A program made the translations under genes and the position numbers. A stretch of 64,000 nt of DNA from Eledone cirrhosa (taxonomy: Eukaryota), in the NCBI GenBank assembly GCA_964016885.1, contig OZ024740.1, forward strand, positions 85,994,001 through 86,058,000. The letters run 5' to 3'. Positions 58,442 through 64,000 of the stretch are shown one piece after another. The stretch's first letter is position 1. Each line of letters opens with the position of its first letter. The notes under the pieces were generated by a model. That model was not told the origin of the DNA. It saw only the letters and a list, made by a program, of their open reading frames with translations, and did not search any database.

Positions 58442-61310
58442 ATCATCATCATCATCATCATCAACGTTTAACGTCCGTGTTCCACGCTTGCATGGGTTTG
58501 GACGGGGGTATTCCCACTTGAGGAAAGAGTGATTGTCTTGCTCGCATAGGACTGTCTGGCAGGTTTTCTACAGTTGGATGCCCTTCCTAACACCAACCAC
58601 ATTTACAGTGTGGGACTGGGAGGTTTTTACCGTGTTGCCTACACGGCCACATTACAGCGTGGACTGTGTGTTTTTTTGTCGTGACACCTACACGATCTCA
58701 TTTGTTTCGGCCTGGATGTTGTGGCACCAACATAACTTTACATAGGAGGGGGTGGTGTGGATGGGGATGTGGGTGGGGGGACGGGGGTGTATTTTGTTAG
58801 AGATGCCTACTTGCTGTAGTAGGTTTTACTATGCAATTAGGTAAAGCGGGTCTTCTCTATTACTGAGTACCGCCAAAGGTCTCGGTCCAGTGACATTGTC
58901 TTGGAGAGGTGTAAGTGTGTGAGGTCGGAGTTTTTCAGCTCGTCCCAGGATTTTCTAGGTCTGCCTATTCCGTGGCTACCGTCTATCTTTATTGCCCTGC
59001 ACTTTGTTATACAGCTATCGACTTTCATGCGCATCACGTGTCCGTACCAACGTAGCCTTCTCTCGAGTAAACAACATCTGATCCCTCTTATTTCTAATTT
59101 TTTCCTTAGTTCGTTTATGCTTTGCCGTTCACGTATATTACTATTACACATCCAGCGGAGCATGCAAGCTTCGTTCCTCTCTAGTCTGCGTATATCCTCT
59201 GCGCACAATGCCCAGGTCTCACTGCCATGCAACATTGCTGTTCGTATGCAGGCATCATACAACCTGCCTTTCATTTTTAGGGAGAACCCTTTAGCGGCTA
59301 ATAGTGGTATAAGCTCTCTGAACTTTTTCCATCCAGTTCTGACTCTAGCTACTGTACTTTTGGAGCACCCTCCCCCCACTGCTGATTTTGTCACCCAGGT
59401 AACGGAAGCTGTCCACTATTTCTATAGAGCCCTCTGCGCAATTGAAAGAGTTAGTATTTTGTGGGCACTCGCTGCTACTTATTGCACCAGAGCACCGCCC
59501 ACATGTAAAATCTAAGTTCTTAGTTAGCTTACCTGTGATCCCACTACATCTTTTATGCACCAATACTTTGCATTTGGGACATAAAATGGAGTTTCTACCT
59601 ACGCCTTTCCTACACACTGAGCATGGCCATTTCCCGGAAGGGACCGCCGCCTTATTTTATTTCCTACAAACTAGAACTTTAGTCTTAGCCAGGTTAATTT
59701 TAAGGCCTTTTGATTCTAGGCCGTGCATCCATGTTTGGAATTTCTTCTCTAGCTCGGCCATTGATTCAGCTATGAGTGTCAGGTCGTCTGCGTATAGGAG
59801 TTCCCATGGGCAGCCGGTCTTGAACTCCTCTGTTATAGCCTGAAGGGCAATAATAAATAGTAGGGGGCTGAGAACAGAGCCCTGATGGACGCCAACTTTT
59901 ACGCTAAACTCTTCACTATATTCGTTGTTAATTCTAACCTTGCTGACTGTTTCTTTATACATGGCTTGTATAGCTCTCACAAGCCATTCGTCAACACCTA
60001 GTTTTCTAAGGGCCCACCAGATAATGGAACGGGGTACTCTGTCGAAGGCTTTCTCCAAGTCGACAAAAGCTAAGTAGAGGGGTTTACCTTTAGCTAGGTA
60101 CTTCTCCTGTAGTTGACGTACAATGAAAAGAGCGTCTGTGGTACTTTTGCCTGACACAATCCCGAACTGCATTTCATCTAGGTCAATTCTCTCTCTGATT
60201 AGTTGCGCTATTACTTTTTCCGTGACCTTCATGACCTGGTCGATTAGTTTAATGCCTCTATAGTTACTCCTATCTAGGGCATCTCCTTTACCCTTATAAC
60301 AGTTAACGATGATGCTGCTATGCCAGTCCTTCGGAACAACCCCATTCTGTACGACTTGGTTAACTATCCGGGTGACCAAGGTGTGTCCCACCGAGCCAGA
60401 TGCCTTCAGCATCTCAGCAACTATTTCCGAAGGCCCAGCCGCTTTACCCGTCTTTATATCCTTGATTGCCTTACTTATTATACTACCCTCGACTAACACT
60501 GCTGGTCCCTCTATTGGGTCGATGTGGGGGAGACTGTCTTTCTCCCATTTATTCTCCTCATTTAGTAGCCTTTCATAGTGGCACTTCCAAGCTACCTTCT
60601 TATTAGCGTCGGTGATGGCAAGTACGCCGTCATCATTAAGTACACACTTCTCCCCGACAATATCACGGTTTTCCTTGACACATTGCCTAGCAATCCTGAA
60701 CACCTCACGTTTTTGGTCCTCGCGTTGTAGAACATGCTTGAACTTTCTTTCCTCTGCTTCCCTTCTTGCGAAGTACACTTGTCTCCTAGCCTCCCTCCTG
60801 GCCACTTGATAGTCTTCTCTACTTCCTCCATCCCGCCATACTTTCCAAGCCTGCTTTTTGGCCTTAATTGACCCCTCCACCCTACTGTTCCACCACCATG
60901 TTACTCTCCTCCTGCCTACAGGCCTGCTCCAGCCACAGACTTCGTCTGTCGCCATCAGCAGGTTTGCTTTCAGAAATTCCCACTGTCCCTCTATATTGTC
61001 CGACTCTAAATGCTCTTCCTTACTGTCGAAAGCATCAAGTAATATGCTTTGAAATTTATTTCTGCCTGTGGGGTCCTTTAGCTTCCATATTTTTCTCCTG
61101 AGGATAGTCCTCTTCTGCTGTCGAGTACGTCTCGTCTTGGCTATGAGGTCGCTAATTATCAGTCTATGTTGGGAGGTGCATTCTTCATGGGGGAGGGATT
61201 TAGTGTTTACAACAGACACTCTGTCACGTCTTCTGGTAAGGATATAATCTACCTGGCTTGTGTGTTCCCCGGATCTATAGGTGATCAGGTGATTGTCACG
61301 TTTATTGAAG
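58442..61310 (-). mobile_element. RTE-group LINE, 5'-truncated within APE, with (GAT)n tail and a PHD-like finger inside RT
   Basis: [60 protein letters not shown]; two frameshifts. Confidence 0.92.
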
Positions 61311-61342
61311 TTATATATATATATACATATATATATATGTAT

Positions 61343-61376
<34 letters not shown>

Positions 61377-61400
61377 ATATATATACACATATATATGTGT

Positions 61401-61437
<37 letters not shown>

Positions 61438-61479
61438 GGCATATATATATATATGTATATATATATATAAACATATATA

Positions 61480-62520
61480 CAAACGGGAGGGGGGGAGTGA
61501 TAGTCAGATATGTAGTGAAATATAGAGAGGGGGAATTGATAGAGCGAGAGAGAGTGAGACGTGTAGTGTGAATATAGAGAGGGTGAGAGAAGTTTGGTGG
61601 TTTAGTGTGAGACGGGGAATTGAGAAAGCGAGAGAGAGTGAGGCATGTAGTGGGAACATAGAGAGGGCGAGTGATGTATGGTGGTTTAGTTAGAGAGGGG
61701 GAATTGTGAGAGTGCGAGAGAATGAGGCATGTAGTGGGATATAGGGAGGGTGAGAGAAGTATGATGATTTAGGAGAGAGGGAGAATTGTGACAGTGATAG
61801 AGTGAAGAGTGAGGCATGTAGTGGGATTTAGAGAGGGGAGAGATTTTGGTGGTTTAGTGTGAGAGGGGGAATAGAGAGAGTGAGGCATGTAGAGGGATAT
61901 GGAGAGGGTGAGAGAAGTATGATGGTTTAGTTAGAGAGGGTGAATTGAGAGAGAGTGTGAGGCATGTAATGTGACATAGAGAGGGGGAGAAAGGTATGGT
62001 GGTGTAGTGAGAGAGTGAGAGAAAGTGAGGCATGTAGTTGGATATAGAGAGGGGGGAGATGTTTTGTGGTTCTGTAAGAGAGGGGAAATTGTGACAGTAT
62101 AGGAGATATATATCTAGCTTACTCTTTTCCCCTCACTCAATATACATAACTTACTCTCTTCCTTCTCTTTCAATATATCTAGCTTACTCTCTGCCACCCC
62201 CTCAATATATTTAGCTCTACTATATATATATAGCTTACTCTTCCCCTCTCCTCCACTCTCTCCACCCCTCTCTCCCCTCTCTCAATATATGTAATTAATC
62301 CTCTCCCCCTCTGTCAATATATCTAGCTTACTCTCTCCCCTTCTCTCTCAATATGCCAAGCTTATTTTTTGCCCCCTCTCAACATGTCTAGCTTACACTC
62401 ATCCCACTCTCAATATACATAACCTACTCCCCACCCATTCTTCATACATAACTTATGTTCTCCCTCTCACTCTATATACATAACTTACTCTCTTCCCTCT
62501 CTCTATATAATAATAAAAAC
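61480..62520. repeat. Purine-rich ~60-65 bp minisatellite (61480-62100) abutting a pyrimidine-rich ~35-40 bp minisatellite (62105-62520)
   Basis: Units gagagtgaggcatgtagtgggatatagagaggg.. and tcaatatatctagcttactctc.. Confidence 0.8.
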
Positions 62521-62627
62521 CAGCTCAGACAACAACCCTCCATTTCGCATTCTCTTAGTTTTTTTAAAACATATTCTACATTAACACTCGCCTCTCTTCC
62601 TTCTCTCGCAATTCATATATATATATA

Positions 62628-63598
62628 CAAGCAGCAGTACCCAGCGTTGCCTGGGTAGGTAAAATAATATCTGCTTTGATGAAAAGATGTTGATCTTAGC
62701 GACTGCTTCTCGATGACTCATCTATGGCCACACACAGGCCATGCGGGGGAGGATGGTGATGACCTCTATCACTGACAAACGCGGGTGACTGACGAAGAGG
62801 CATGCTGGAGGAGGGAGGTAATGACCTCTAACACGAAGCCAAATTTCCTCACGCTACTTGATTGGAAACCGATGAATTCTTAAATACACAACTAAAAGCT
62901 CAGATGACGTCAGTGGCCATCGTTTTGCCTTTGACCATCTATAAGATGTGCAATGATAGGTTCTATCGTAGTATAAAAGTTGAACCAAATGAATTGATTC
63001 ATGCGTTAGGTGGGGGCCGAAGTTTCGATTTGAATGAAATCGGTTGAAAAACGTGGGAGCTAGAGCCGGAAAGGCGGAAATTTGAGAAAAAAGGTGGTAT
63101 TTTCGAATATTTAAACGGCTGCCACGCCGTTCCTGAACAAAGAAATCCAAAATGTAAAGCCACTTTAAGACTTGAAATAATCATATGTAGCATATGTAAA
63201 ATTTGAACAAAGTAGGTTGATTAATGTCGGAGCTAGAGCCAAAGAAGTGGACATTTGAGTAAAAAAGTGGTATTTTTGAATATTTAAGCAGCTGCCACGC
63301 CGTCCCTGAACAACAAATGTAACATATAAAGCCATTACAGGATGTGCAATGATAAATTCTATTTTGCTTTAAAATTTGAACGAAATCGGTGGCAAAATGT
63401 GGTAGCTAGAGCCAAACATCTTATTTTTCGATACCTAAAAAAAGGTGACCCCTATCGATTTTTAGCTGCAGAATGACCCCTGAATAAAAAAAAACGATAC
63501 GCTGATACATAAAAAACACTCCCCGATGACTAATCTATGAGCCTGTAAAGTTTCATGAAAATCGGTCGTAAGATGTAGGCCCCAATAGGTAATACAAA

Positions 63599-63667
<69 letters not shown>

Positions 63668-63686
63668 TTAATTTTATATATATACA

Positions 63687-63688
<2 letters not shown>
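62628..63688 (-). mobile_element. Non-autonomous Helitron-like element with internal ~170-180 bp repeats
   Basis: 3' end CTTG|T with subterminal hairpin TACCCAG cgttgc CTGGGTA (62638-62657); 5' AT.TATATATAAAA then (TG)n; repeats aaaatttgaac...gctagagcc. Confidence 0.65.
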
Positions 63689-63774
<86 letters not shown>

Positions 63775-63775
<1 letters not shown>

Positions 63776-64000
63776 AGGTGGTGAGTTTTATTGTAGCACA
63801 ATAAAGCAATGCAAATATCGGATAAATAGCACTCAACAGTTTATAGGACTGGAGTATAAATAATATAAGATCAAAAGAGAGTTAAAAGAGTTCCATGTAT
63901 TTTATTATGCGCATTTCAAAAAGAAATATCATCATGGGATGATATTTGCGTTCTCATCAGACAAAATAGGGAGACATGATATGAAGCTTAAAAAACACTT
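63775..64000 (-). mobile_element. pLTR/retrozyme-like copy with HHR at 63900-63966, running off the window end
   Basis: TTTTGT-CTGATGA-...-GAAA TGCGCA TA-ATAAAA; homolog of 18025-18300. Confidence 0.8.

Overview
This is AT-rich, microsatellite-saturated eukaryotic DNA with no host gene I can support. The SINE types and repeat landscape suggest an octopod cephalopod (inference). Almost all non-simple sequence is transposon-derived: six Penelope-like (RT + GIY-YIG) copies, RTE, R4/Dong-like and CRE-like LINE fragments, two Chapaev3-type DNA transposons, a mariner MITE, a Helitron and many tRNA-derived SINEs. The main signal is missing from the ORF track: about 25 type I hammerhead ribozyme (HHR) motifs, intact or degenerate, from roughly 14 sequence-distinct families. 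They occur in Penelope terminal repeats, in non-coding tandem retrozyme-like units (exact periods 484 and 320 nt, plus a ~440-450 nt permuted family) and in near-perfect fold-back hairpins. Almost all are embedded in (TA)n tracts, and most families have their own palindromic stem III. All structures were folded by eye and need computational confirmation. Most ORFs in the track are microsatellite artefacts.
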